Assembly: GCA_034780895.1 (NCBI GenBank)
Contig: JAUZTB010000127.1
Span: 82,473,988-82,537,987, forward strand
DNA: 64,000 nucleotides
Source of the DNA: Rhynchobatus australiae
Lineage: Eukaryota
Direction of reading: 5' to 3'
Shown piece after piece: positions 26,258 through 38,993 of the stretch. How positions within the stretch are numbered: position 1 is the first letter of the stretch; each line of letters begins with the position of its first letter. The notes below the pieces were generated by a model, which was given only the letters and a program-made list of their open reading frames with translations, did not search any database and had not been told where the DNA came from. The position numbers were made by a program, and so were the translations under genes.

Positions 26258-28467
26258 CTAGTTGAAAGGCAAAATTAAAATGCATTAAGTAGCCAAAATC
26301 AGAGAGTATTTAATGAACTCACCAGATGCTATGGAACATGCTGATGTTGTTTTATTCAGTCAGTAAGCTCATGACATGTAGGACAAGATGGATGTGGTGC
26401 CTGCTTCTTCCACATCCCATGTTTTATATAATTTATTGATTGATGCAAATTTATTTATCATAAATTACCTTGTGTCCTGTTGGACTTGGAGATAGCTCAG
26501 GGGAGCATTGGAGGAACTATGGAGAGGCATGATACCCAGCAGCTCGACACAGGCAGACGAATCTCCAGCACCCTCCCACCCCAAACCCCGTGATGTCTTG
26601 ACCCAATTCTCCTTCTTGCATGTCTTCAAATGGAAGCACCTTAGAAAGAACTTGCCTTTGTAATGATTTCCTGAAGTCTGTGCCATTGAGAGCTGGAAAT
26701 AGAAATAAGCAGTGGCTGGGTTGCCGAGGCAACAGCTTCCAGTTGCAATAAAATGTAAACTAGCCACAAAGGAAATCAGTACAGTGATAAGTCCAGTGGG
26801 AGTTGCCACTTGTATGACTTCAGCAGCACCAACTGCATTATGTACACATTAGTCATTGAGAATCAAGTTTCTCTCAAGGTGTTATCTCAAACCAAAACTG
26901 GTTAATTTGGAAAGTGATCAGATTCTTCTTAAAAAGGTTAAATTAAGCATCAGCTATATCAAAGCATGAAGATCCCAGGCTCAAAGGCCACATCTTAGTC
27001 ACAGTTGGTGGTAGTGCTTCTGGAATAGTTGGGGGAAAGTTAGCTGATCATTGCCTAGTAAGCAGCACCAATAATTTGGGTTTGTGGATGCCACAAAGTC
27101 AGGAATGGCCTTAAGTAGTGAAAGTCTGATGATTGTAGGTAATGCAGAACCAAATAAAGATCAACCGCTTCTGGAATCATTCTGCATAGAAAGGATCAGG
27201 CAGAGAGGTAGATAGAATGGAAACTCTGCCCCTAATTGCCTCCTTTTCAAAAAGGAAGGACCCAAGATCAGAAGCCTGGTATCTGACTGCCTTCTGAAAT
27301 GGCAACAAGATGAAAGTGCACAAGGTAGTCTGGGTGCAGGAGAATCCAAAAGAGTTGAAACACACATGCCCAGAAATTGGATCTATTTGCACGTTTTTTT
27401 TTAAATGTGCTATTGTGTGCACATTCAAAAACACTAGTTCTCATTTCCAAGTTGATTGGCAACCATCAGGAAATTGGCTCAGACACTTCTTGGCATGACC
27501 CACCTTAGTACATCTGATGTTTGTTTGGCATCATACACACATCAAGTCATAACATCCAATGCACAATGACTGTTTCCACACTCATTGACATAAACAGATA
27601 GTCAACGGTGAGACTTGCATTTTCCACTCAAAAATAGGAGAAAACCTTACAGTAAGTTACATTGAGATGAATTCAAGGGTCCGTCAGAGGGACACTAATA
27701 GTTTGTCCTTGGTCTCTGCCAGACTTTTTTTTATTATTGTACTCCACTTTTGTCCACAGGCATCTCTGACAATGATCGCAGCATCTCTTCTTCATGCACC
27801 TCTGTGCATAATGCTGCTCCTTAATTGGCTTGTAATTCACAGGGGCTTGGGGAGGAGGGATGGGTCAATCAGGCCCGAGCATCATGAGGGATGCACAGCT
27901 ACTTAGGAGAAGGCTGCACTCCCCCCTCCTCGGCAACCTTCCCAGTAGTCAGTGCAACAACAGCCTGGCAACTGCAAGCTCTGTGGGCAATTACAGTCAG
28001 GAAACATACAAATAAAATTACATGAGATGATACAGGGAGAAAACTACCTAAATGATTCTCCACCCCCCCCCCCCCTCCACTGAGTTTCTCACAGGCTCCC
28101 TCCTAGTGAACCTTGGTGCTACAGAAGTTCCTATTTAATGTACCAAACAAGGGTGAACTCCAAATTTAAGGCAGCAGAGATTTCCCTCCAATAAATTCTA
28201 GCTTCATTATAAGCAACTTAATCCATAAGTTGTGCAGGGAGTTAAAACAAATACTCACAAGGACAATTTTGATCTGTAAGCTGCCCGACTCAATTCCCTT
28301 CCCAGCCCTTACTCGATCTACTGAGGGAAGCATTATTAAAAAAAAGCAGCAACATTTGCCTCAAAGATGTTGCCTGCTGGAATTCAGCTTTACAAACTCT
28401 ACACACATCTCAATTCTGTCACTGACCTCAGAACTTTGCATCTGAGGTATCCTCAGTTGTTAAGACT

Positions 28468-28735
28468 GGCACTGTGGTGCAGCTAGCTGCTGCCTCACAA
28501 TGCCAGATACCCAGGATCGATCCTGACCTCTGTTACTGTCTGTGTGGAGTTTGCACATTCTTCCTGTGACTGCACGAGTTTCCTCCAGGTGCTCTGGCTT
28601 CCTCCCATATCACAAATCTATGTAGGTTGGTAGGTTAATTGGCTGTTGTAAATTGCTCCTGGCGTGTAGATGTGGGGGAATTCAGGGTTGGAGGGGCGGG
28701 GGGGGGGGAATTGATAAGAATGCGGGGAGAATTTA
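28468..28735 (+). mobile_element. V-SINE (HE1-like), running into a gap
   Basis: tRNA-like head plus V-domain tgtgtggagtttgcacattcttcctgtgactgc...tttcctccaggtgctctgg. Confidence 0.85.
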
Positions 28736-29083
28736 ANNNNNNNNNNNNNNNNNNNNNNNNNNNNNNNNNNNNNNNNNNNNNNNNNNNNNNNNNNNNNNNN
28801 NNNNNNNNNNNNNNNNNNNNNNNNNNNNNNNNNNNNNNNNNNNNNNNNNNNNNNNNNNNNNNNNNNNNNNNNNNNNNNNNNNNNNNNNNNNNNNNNNNNN
28901 NNNNNNNNNNNNNNNNNNNNCATTATCTTAACAGATGGAATTTGTAATGGTCAAATAAATGAACTTGTCAGCCCCAATTTGTGTAACTCAGTGGCAGGGG
29001 AACAATCACTTTGTCAAAGCCATGCATTATTACACCCTGTGCATTGCCAGAGTCTACTGTATCCAGGGAAATTCTGTGGATAA

Positions 29084-30550
29084 TCCTCCCTGGCCACAGG
29101 AGTGGTACCAGAGGATTGGAGGATGGCAAATGTTGTTCCTATGTTCAAGAAAGGTAATAGGGATAATCCTGGGAATTATAGACTAGAGAGTCTTACATCA
29201 GTGGTGGGCAAACTATTGGGGAGATTCTCAGGGACAGGATTTACGAGCATTTGGAGAAGCAGAGTTTTATTAGGGATAGTCAGCATGGCTTTGAGGGGGG
29301 CTGGTCATGCCTCACGATCCTAACTGAATTTCGAGCAGATGACGAAACAAATTGATGAAGGTAGAGTGGTGGATATGGTGTACATGGATTTTAGTGAGGC
29401 ATTTGACAAGGTTCCCCATGGTAGGCTCATCCAGAAAGTCACGAGGCACGAGATCAATGCAGACTTGGCTGCATGGATTCAGAATTGGCTTGCCCATAAG
29501 AGGCAGAGAGTGGTAGTAGATGGAAAAGATTTGATCTGGAGATTGGTGACTCTGTGTTCTGCAGGGATCTGTTCTGGGACCCCTGCTCTTTGTGATTTTT
29601 ATAAATGACTTAGATGAGGAAGTCAGGGGGTGGGTTAGGAAGTTTGCAGATGACACGAAGGTTGGAGATGTTGTGGATAGTGTAGTCAGAGATCACAACA
29701 GAATATAGACAGGATGCAGAGTTAGGCAGAGAAGTAGCAGATGGAGTTCAATCCAGAAAAGTGTGAAGTGATACATTTTGGAAGAACAAACTTGAAGGCA
29801 GAGTACAAGGTTAATGGCAGGACTCTTAGCAGCATGGAGGAACTGAGGGATCTTGGGGTCCAAGTCCATTGATCTCTCAAGGTTGCCACAGAAGGTGGTA
29901 GGGTTGTTAAGAAGGCATATGTCGTGCTGGCCTTCATTAGTCGGGTGACTGAGTTCAAGAGCCATGAGATAATGTTGCAGCTCAAAAGAACCCTGGTTAG
30001 ACCATTCTTAGAGTATTGTGTTCAGTTCTGGTCACCTCATTATAAGAAGGATGTAGAAGCTTCAGAGAGGGTACAGAGGAGATTTATCAGGATGCCATCT
30101 GGATTAGAGAACGTGCCTTATAAGAAAAAGGTTGAGTGAGCTAGNNNNNNNNNNNNNNNNNNNNNNNNNNNNNNNNNNNNNNNNNNNNNNNNNNNNNNNN
30201 NNNNNNNNNNNNGAGAGGCATAGACAGAGTGGACAGCCAGCACCTTTTCCCTAGGGCAGCAATGGCCAATACCAGAGGACATCAGTTTACTGTCAGAGGT
30301 GGAAAGTTAGAGCAGATGTCAGAGGTAATTTTTTTAAAATTATAAGTACAGAGAGTGGTGGGTGCCTGGAACACACAGCTGGGGTTGGTGGTAGAGGCTG
30401 ATACAATAGGGATATTTTAAAAACTCTTAGATAGGAAGGAAAATGGAGGGTTATGGGCGGTGTAGCAGGAAAGAATTAGATTGATCAGGGAGTAGCTGTG
30501 TATATAGGTTGGCACAACATCGTGGGCCAAAGGGCCTGTACTGTTCTATG
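29084..30550 (+). mobile_element. CR1-clade (HER1-like) LINE, 5'-truncated and decayed
   Basis: RT motifs PEDWRMANVVPMFKKG, YMDFSEAFDKVPH, KFADDT, LEYCVQFWSP, with stops and frameshifts. Same 3' tail as the 12.3-13.4 kb copy. Confidence 0.94.
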
Positions 30551-30884
30551 CACATCTTCCATTGTACTCATATTCCAGTAACAAGAAGTGGACTGCAGTG
30601 AGGTCATTTATCACAGTGCATAATGACCAGAAAGCTAGAAGGGCAGCACTTTCAGTCGTAACACACTGGCCATCTTGCAAGCTATGCTTCATTTTTCTCT
30701 TTTCAAGAAATGGCTAGTGAAAATATTCCCTCCATTTCTGGGGCTACAGACTTTTATTAACAAAAACACACGTAACCCGGTATATGGTGCAGACTTCTGG
30801 TCTCCTTTCCTACACTTGCTATAGATGGAGTGCAGTGAAGATTCGCCAGACCGGTTCCTTGGATGGTGGTCACACCACACGTAA

Positions 30885-31272
30885 GCTTGGCTTCCATTCT
30901 CCAGAGTTTAGAAGAATAAGAGATGCCTCATTGAAGCATACAAAATTCTTTGATGTCTCAACAGAATGGCTAAGGGGATGGAACATAGAACCAGTGCTTC
31001 CCATCACAAAAATCAAGGGTTTTGAGACCAAGGACAAATATCTTCATTCAAAGGGCAGTGAATTGTTGGCATTTTCTGCCCTGGAGGACTGTGGAGGCTC
31101 AGTCCTCGACTATGTTCAAAACAGAGATCAGTAGATATCTGGATATTGAAGGAATCAAGGGATACAGGTGCAGAGCAGGAAAAGTGTTGAGACAAAAGAT
31201 CAGCCATGGTTGATTGATGGTGGGGCAGACCCAAGGGACTGTGTGGACAACCCACACCTATTTCTTAAGTTC
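30885..31272 (+). mobile_element. CR1-type LINE 3' fragment (different, older subfamily)
   Basis: SPEFRRIR..L..T.K-like remnant followed by a typical 3' region (gactgtggaggctcagtc...agagatcagtagat...gatcagccatg...gatggtggggcagac). Confidence 0.65.
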
Positions 31273-32989
31273 TAATCAAATTAATATTAATAATTTAAAG
31301 TACTTACACACCGATTAACAGATATTGCACTTATTTTTTTAATGCAACATCAAACTGATTGCTTTAAATTCCAAGCTAATTGGCTCACCTAATAGAAGGA
31401 AAAATACTATTTCAATAAAACAGATGAGTAAAAGTCTCAACCACTTCAAAGCAATACACGTCTGATGGCACATTATGAGAGCTCCTTATGATCAGCAGAG
31501 ATATCAGCACTGTTTTGCCCATGAATGAAATGTCTCCTTTCCAGTTCAATTGGAAAATCCCATCCTGGCATTTATTCAAAAAAAAATGCATTACCTTGCA
31601 ACTGTTCTCCACGAATGCATCCACAAAATAAACCTTTCCAAATTTGTTTATAAAGAAAATCATCAAGTTTTTGTTTGGAAAGTTAAAGAATACAGGCCTA
31701 AAGAAGTGAAAGTCTTAGGCACATGAAAAGTCACATTGCCCAGAGTGGAAATGTGATTGAAATGATATCCAGTCACATGGACGAGCATTTCTTGCTGCAA
31801 ATCACAGGACACAATGTGCGTGTCAGGCTCACACAAGATGAGGTCATTCTCCATGTAATCTTCATTAAAGCATTCCTGGGGTGTGTTGTTCTGAGGAGTG
31901 CTCATCACTGACCAAGCATAAAACCCCACTGGTGGAGGTTCCCCTTACTTATTGCTTCACATTTCAACCTCTCCCACATCCACTTCCCTTCCCTTAACCA
32001 ATCTCACTTCTCTGATCCCCAACTCTATGTATCCAGCTTTCTAGTTGCCTCTTATCAAGGCTCCAGTTCTCTGATCCGACCTCTGACTAAGATCTTGGTT
32101 CCCTGATCTGACAAATCTCACCCCAATTCCTCAATTTGAGCTCCAACCCCCATCCTGACTCCATTAACCCACCCCCTTCCAAATTCAGCCCCCATCAGTA
32201 CATGGACCACAGCCTGTTTCTTCAAATGGCATCCAACTTCCCAATCCAAGCCTCTTGGTTTTATCTCAATTCTGAGCCCTCCAAGTGTGACCCTGATCAA
32301 ACCCCCACTGTTATATCAATTCCATTCCCCAACCCTCAAAGCCACAGATCTACACTTCATCTAAGGACCCAACTCTGTTCCTGACACTCTACAATGGCGC
32401 TGTGCAAAAAAGTGTGCAAGGATTATTTCCTTAGGTCTGACACTATGGGCCTTGGACGCAACTGTATTTTGTTCCACAGCTTTTATATTCACTCAATTAT
32501 TCTTAACAGCACAGTCCAAATCACAACAGGTATAAAAATCAGTGAACATTCACCAAGAAAAGACAATGCACTTTCTAGAAGTATCATTGAACAAAATTGA
32601 TGTCAAAGCATATTATTGGGGTATATAAACTAAAGCCCAAGCATCTTGAAGGCATAAGTAAAAGGAATTTCAGAACTTAAGGCCTTTGTGGTTCATGAAA
32701 TGGTTGCTGATGGTGGAGCAAATAAATTTGTGGAGGATGGAATTGATAAGTGGAGGCATCAGAGGTTCATTGGGCAGAAAGATGTCATAATGATACAGCA
32801 AGATGAGACTTAAGGGATTTTCAAATAAGGAAGAGAATTTTTAAAATTGAGGCTGGATACCAGTTTGAAAAGGTGAGAGGTAAACAGAGCTTGGTGCATA
32901 TCTCAGTTAGATATATTGTTTGATACAAGTAAATTTTAATGACTAACTCCTGAGTCATAATGGACTTCAGTTCTTCACACAAGTGATAA

Positions 32990-33410
32990 AAAAAAATGCT
33001 GGAAGCTTTCAGGTCAGGCAGCACCTGTAGAGAGCATGCTTTAGGCTGAAGATCCAAAGTCAAACTTTTCCCGCACTTCCTCCTCCCGCCCCGGGCGCCG
33101 CCCCCNNNNNNNNNNNNNNNNNNNNNNNNNNNNNNNNNNNNNNNNNNNNNNNNNNNNCATCACCCCACCAGCCTCTGCCTCGCCCTTCCCTTTCACCTCT
33201 TTATACTGGCTATTCTCCCTCTACAATCTCAGTCCTGATGCAGGGTCTCATCCCGAAACATTAATTATCCCTTTGCCTCCACGGATGCTGCTTGACCTAC
33301 CGAGTTCCTTCAGCAGTTTGGTTTGTGCTCCCGATTCCAGCATCTGCAGTCTCCTGTGTTTCCAGCATTTTCTGTTTCTATTTCCAGCATCTGCAGTTTT
33401 TTTTTTGATT
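32990..33410. mobile_element. PLE terminal repeat(s) in compound/inverted arrangement
   Basis: Left arm aaatgctggaagc..caggtcaggcagcacctg. Plus-strand repeat with agtcctgatgcagggtctcatcccgaaac (33231-33259) and two successive ttccagcatctgcag tails. Confidence 0.7.
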
Positions 33411-33514
33411 TCCACTGTTTACAAGTCACTGGAAATGCTTCATTAATTTCAGATTAGTCTAACTACAACACCCTTATATAAAGCTTAATGATGTTGAGGA
33501 TGCTTTGTATTTAT

Positions 33515-33757
33515 TAAATTTTAAATTTTATTTACAGCGTGGTAAGAGGCCCTTCCGGCCCAACAAGCCCACACCACCCATTTTAAACTCCAAATTAACC
33601 AATCCGTACATCTTTATAATGTGGGAGGAAACCGGAGCACCCGGAGGAAACCCACGCAGACATAGGAGAACATATAAACTCCTTACAGACAGCGACGGGA
33701 ATCAAACCCCGATCGCTGGCGCTGTAATAACGTTGTGCTAACTGCTACGCTACAGTG
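33515..33757 (-). mobile_element. V-SINE (HE1-like), compact subfamily
   Basis: gtgggaggaaaccggagcacccggaggaaacccacgcaga is the reverse of the V-domain. CpG-rich, so relatively young. Tail gggccggaagggcctcttaccacgctg. Confidence 0.88.
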
Positions 33758-35227
33758 TATGGCCCATCATTGTAACTATATCATTTCTATAAAATTTTGT
33801 AAGGATAAAGATATTTTTCTTTCTTGTAAAAAGAAAAATAACAAGTCTTACTTTATGGTGCTGAAAAACAATCCTAACGTAACCCCAGCTGCCTGAAAGC
33901 TTTTCGATCTAACACAATGATTCATTATTCGACCCTTCACTCTGCTTCTGTAATTTTGAATGTTCAAAAAAAAAATCTACTCCTCAGGTGTCAGCATCTG
34001 GAAACCATATTATTTATGAAAAAATATTTCAACGCAAAAGTAAATTACACATACTGGATATGCTTTATGAGACAGGATGGGAAAGAGGGAGAAGCAGGAA
34101 GAGAAAGTCTTCAGCAAGAAAGGGAAAATGAATTAGAATCAGTGTGTGCAGTGCGCATCTGGAAATTAAGCAAGGGAAGGAAAGAGCTGGAACATGGAAA
34201 GGCAGTGGTGTATTCTAATGCTTTATAAACCAACTTGTGGTATTATATTCTCATTATGTAAATAAGCCATATGATTATTGTAGAAAATTATAAGCAACAC
34301 ATTTATATTAATGGAAAATAATTTAATTAATACTTAATTGAAAATAAAATTGAATAAAATTAGAAGTTCTAGGTTTACACATCAATTTAAATGTCAATGG
34401 TTTCCCAGCGCTAATTTTCTGCTAGGGATGCTAATTTTTACTGGATTGCTAGCCCATGCATGCTGGCTGCCCTTTGTTACCTCACTTCAATACTCCTTCA
34501 GAGTAGAAACCTAGACATGATTGGCAGCTAAGTAGTTCTTTATGGAAAGTCTCAGGTTCAGCCAAGAAATATCCAGACTTGGCCAAAACGTGTGCTTATT
34601 CCAACAGGACTGCCTGGACAGAAAACACAATCAAGAATCCAGCAATGATTGATTGAATTCTCCTTCTGCAAGACTAGGAGAACTGTGAGCTGCTGGTTCA
34701 ACCAGGGTCGATCACCTGAAGACAAAACCTCAATATTTCTGTGTAGTGAAACAGGAACCCTCAAAACTGCTTTGCTACTTGATAAACCCATGGCTAATCA
34801 TCTTGCTTGAAACTTCGCAAAATCTTCATCTCCACGTCCAAATATCTTATCAATCTACCTTGAATTTTGCTCATATATTGGCCCTGGGACAGAATTCCAA
34901 AAATTAACAACTCTGAAGAAATGTCACTTCATCTCTGTATTAAGCTGCTGATTCCTATCCTGAGGCTTTAACTCCTAGTTCTAGCTAAGGCAAAACAAAA
35001 TAAATAATGCTCTGACAAAATACAACACATTTGTGCCTTCATGTAAAAGTGAGCAGAAATTCTGAAATTTTAGAATCGAGGCGAGAATTCATTGGGGAGT
35101 GAGTTGATGCACCTTGCTGCTAGATTGGTAATGATGTCTCCGAATCCAAGCTGAAAAGATGCAGAAATATTTTCAACGTTTGAAATCATTACATATCAAG
35201 CTAAAATAGTCCAATCACGAAAAGCTA

Positions 35228-35416
<189 letters not shown>

Positions 35417-36059
35417 TCAGAATACTTTACCAGCGCTGCACCTAGCTATTCACTAATTTATTTAGATGAGCCAAATAGCAGCAATGTGCTTGGGCTTCTT
35501 CTAACATCCTATAATTTAGAAATTTCATGGGCCAGCACATCCAATAGCATCAATAATTTGACCTACCTCAGCTTCCCCTATATCAGTTAAATCGATTTTG
35601 TTCACAAGCCCTTGAAAGAACCCAGCATTAAAACAGTGAATCTATTTAATATAAAACATTGCTCAGTGCCACATCAGGAAGCTAACACTTTGGGAGGTGT
35701 AGAATGGAAATGAATGTCTTCCAATTGCGAAGTATTCCTCCCGAATCTCCACATGGTTCTCCCCAGGAAGAAAATTAGTGTAATCACTTAGCTACTTGCA
35801 AAAATGTCCTTTTGTTTTCCCCTCGCGTAGTTTCAAAGTAGAATGGAATTTCAATACAAGCTATATTTTTCTGACATTAGTAATGAAGGAATTCACCAAT
35901 TGGACAGACATGCTTAGCAATCTTGGTCTTATTGTCATGTTGTTGAATTTCAGGAATTTCATGCAACAATAATTGCAATACCAACTTCAGTGGAAATTGC
36001 TGTTCCTCCAGACTAACTACACAATATTCTAGAATTATCTGTTATCGTTGTTATATTTA

Positions 36060-36617
36060 GTTTTTTTTTCCAGGTCTGGCCATCACTGCAAGGCCAACAT
36101 TTATTGTCCATGCTTATCCATCCTTGAGAAGTTGGTGGTGAATTATCTTTTTGAACCACCACAGTCATTCTGTGGAAGCTACTGCCACGGTGCTGTAGGG
36201 GAGGGAGTTCCAGGATTTGGACCCATGACAAATGAAAGATTGGTGCTACCTTTCCGAGTCAGGATGCCATGCAACGTGGAAGAGAACCTGCAGATGGTGA
36301 CATTCTCATGCACTTGAAGCCATTGTTCTTCTGGTGCAAGTGGCCCAAGATTCGTGAAGTGCTCTCAGAATAGCCTAGGTGAATAACTGCTGTGTAGTTG
36401 GTACACAATGCAGCCACAGTGCATTGGTGATGGAGGAAATAAATATTTAGTGCAGTGGATAGGATAGGATACCAATCAAGCGGGCTGTTTTGTTCTGGCT
36501 GGTATCAAGCATCAAGTGTTGTTTCAGCTGTACTCATACAGGCAGGTGAAGAGCATTCCATCACTCTGCTGACTTTTGCCTCTGGTGGAAGGCTCTGGAG
36601 GTATCAGGGAGTGAATC
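36060..36617 (-). mobile_element. Old LINE (L2/CR1-group) 3' fragment
   Basis: Reverse complement resembles the tails at 43900-44190 and 55300-55540 (caccacc..ttctcaagg...gatgggcaataaatg.tggccttgc). Confidence 0.6.
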
Positions 36618-36830
36618 ACTTGCTGTTCTCCCTGTGATCACATTGGTTTCCTCCCACATCCAAAATTGTGCTCGGTGGTAGGTTAATTAGCCACTGTAAA
36701 TTACGCTCTGGTGTGGGTGGGTGGGTGGGATGAAAGAGATTCAGGGGATGTTGATAAGCACAAGGGAATAGGTTACAGGGAAATAAGTGGGGGAATGGAC
36801 TCAATGGCCTCCTCATACCTCCTAAGAGAA
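36618..36830 (+). mobile_element. 5'-truncated V-SINE abutting a LINE fragment
   Basis: gttctccctgtga...ggtttcctcccacatccaaaa...ggtaggttaattagccactgtaaatt. Confidence 0.75.
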
Positions 36831-38818
36831 TAGGGATGTAAACCATAAATATTTGCCTTTATACAGTCAGGCACCATCCATCAGAATGTTGCCCCTTTGA
36901 GGCCTGCTGACCTGAAGACATTTTTTTTAAAATATTTGCTTTGGGAGGCAATCTTCAGTCTTTCCTTGCGACTCTGCACTCAAAACTGGAACATCCATGT
37001 GCTTAGACTTAACTTTACCTCCAGGACCCACTCACACTACCATTGGAGCAGAATTAAGCCATTCAGCCCATCGAGTCTGCTCCACCATTGCTGATCACGG
37101 CTGATTTATTTCTCCCATCCTCACTCCACACAACCTCTCCAAACCCCCTTTTCTCAGTTACTGAATTGTACCTAGCCAAAAAGGCATGGCACGACCAGGA
37201 GACCTCTGCCGTTTGAACTTGAACCCCCATTGATGTGCTCTTTTGTTGTCTCACTGTGAAGTCTAGCATTAGGGAAAAAAAAGTACTGAAATTTTGAAAC
37301 ACAACAGGAACGTGATAGGAACACTTGCCAGTCAATTTCTGCAAAAGACAAAGCAACGTTCAGGTATTACTGTGATGTCTGATGACTAGCTTTACCCAAA
37401 ACATTAACAGGCTGCTGCCCGATCTGCTGCCAGATCTGTCCAATCTATAAGTTTTATTTCATATACTATTTAGTTTGCCTTGGATAATAGCTGCAGATCT
37501 TTTTCACTCTGTAATACTTAGAGGCTTCATTTGTTTCTTTTTCCCCTCACACACACTAAGAGGTTCCATTTATTTTGCAAAATTTCATTTCATTCCAACA
37601 CATTTGTACACAATGCCTCTGTTAACAAACTGCAATCAATCAACTGTGGATGTCAGTTTGTGGCAACATTAGCAACAACACCAGGACACTAAAGAATCCT
37701 GGCCCTTTGACTCAATAGTGTGCTGACATTCCCCCAGGGTAAAACTGCCTAATAAATCTGTACCTTTTACATTGAGGGAGGGGAAAATATGATAATCAAT
37801 GGACAAAAACTTGTTAACTTTTAATCCAGGATTTATTTCATTAGAAATTTATTCAAGATAGCAAGTACTAAATTCCATGATCTTAGGTCAGCATGTTAAT
37901 TGGACAGTTCACCTTCTTCTCTGGACCTCTGCTTTGTCATGAGCAAGGAGGAGCTGGACACTAAATAAATACAAAGCAAGGCATCTGGGGACAGTTTGCA
38001 ACTCAGCCTTAAGACTAGGAAACAAATTATGTCAAACTGCTTGCTTTAGTGTGAAGGGGTAAGCCAGACTCCATTTATTTTCCCCCCCTCGAGTTCACAT
38101 TGCAGTGTTAGCTTTTTCAGTTTGCATGGAAGTCTGGCTATATTGACACATTTAGAATGGGACCACAAATGATGAGTTGGAAAGAAAGATTTCAAATCGA
38201 CAACCTCACAATCAGGCAAAATACATTCCCAAGTAAAGCAAATTGCACTGATGGATTTTGGTCAGAGTTCCAGGAGCCTGACACAGGCAGGGGACACAGA
38301 TTGGAGTGCCTTCAACGTGGCATGGGTCTCAAACCATGGGCCCAGGTTCACTATTTTAGTTCATGCGAGATGCCATCTCCTTTCCAGAAATGTCTGCACT
38401 TTCAAAATACTTTCTTCATGGGAACCAAATAGCCCATAATACTGACTGAATCAATCTCTTCTATGATCAGCTTTCTTCACCCGTAAGGCTCTCAAAATAA
38501 ACCAACACCAGACTGAGAAAGGAATATTTCTACTGAAACCAAATAGTGCAATGGTCATCCTCTTTCCAAAAAGGTACTGCAAGAGGTAACATAGAACAAC
38601 AGAAGGACTGCAGCCAAGTTGGAAGCATCATAACCAAGCCATGTTTAGCACTTATACCATCCTACAAGATTCATCAGATAGCAAGGCCAAGCACACTGAC
38701 ATAGCTCCAGCAACGACCAGCTAACCTAGCACAGATCTCAGCATCTTCACCTTGCCATAACTCCTTCACCTTGTAAAGCATCTACTTCAGAAATAGAGTG
38801 GAGAGGTTGATACTTTAC

Positions 38819-38993
38819 TCTTGTCTCCTGCCCCTGGAAAAATGGAGCGCAGTCGGGCTTTCTTGTTCTTTTCCTCGGGAACCAGTGGGAGGGGCTTTGA
38901 GCCGTGGTTAAGGGAAGATGAGTCACGATTGTTACTGTTCATTCTCAAGGGAGGAGCTGGTGGTTTCTCTTCAGCATCAACACTATCTGACAT
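38819..38993 (-). CDS. PAK3: PAK3 coding exon 1 (ATG at 38993; exon probably starts at 39015 with 22 nt of 5'UTR)
   Basis: [58 protein letters not shown] closely matches the PAK3 N-terminus. 175 coding nt, phase-1 donor A|GTAAAG at 38818, acceptor ctctcacttttctag ending at 39016. Confidence 0.96.

Noticed and set aside
27651-27694. Possible cassette exon with GTAAGG donor in the CRIB/AID intron
   Set aside because: 44 nt (frameshifting) with no polypyrimidine tract before the AG.
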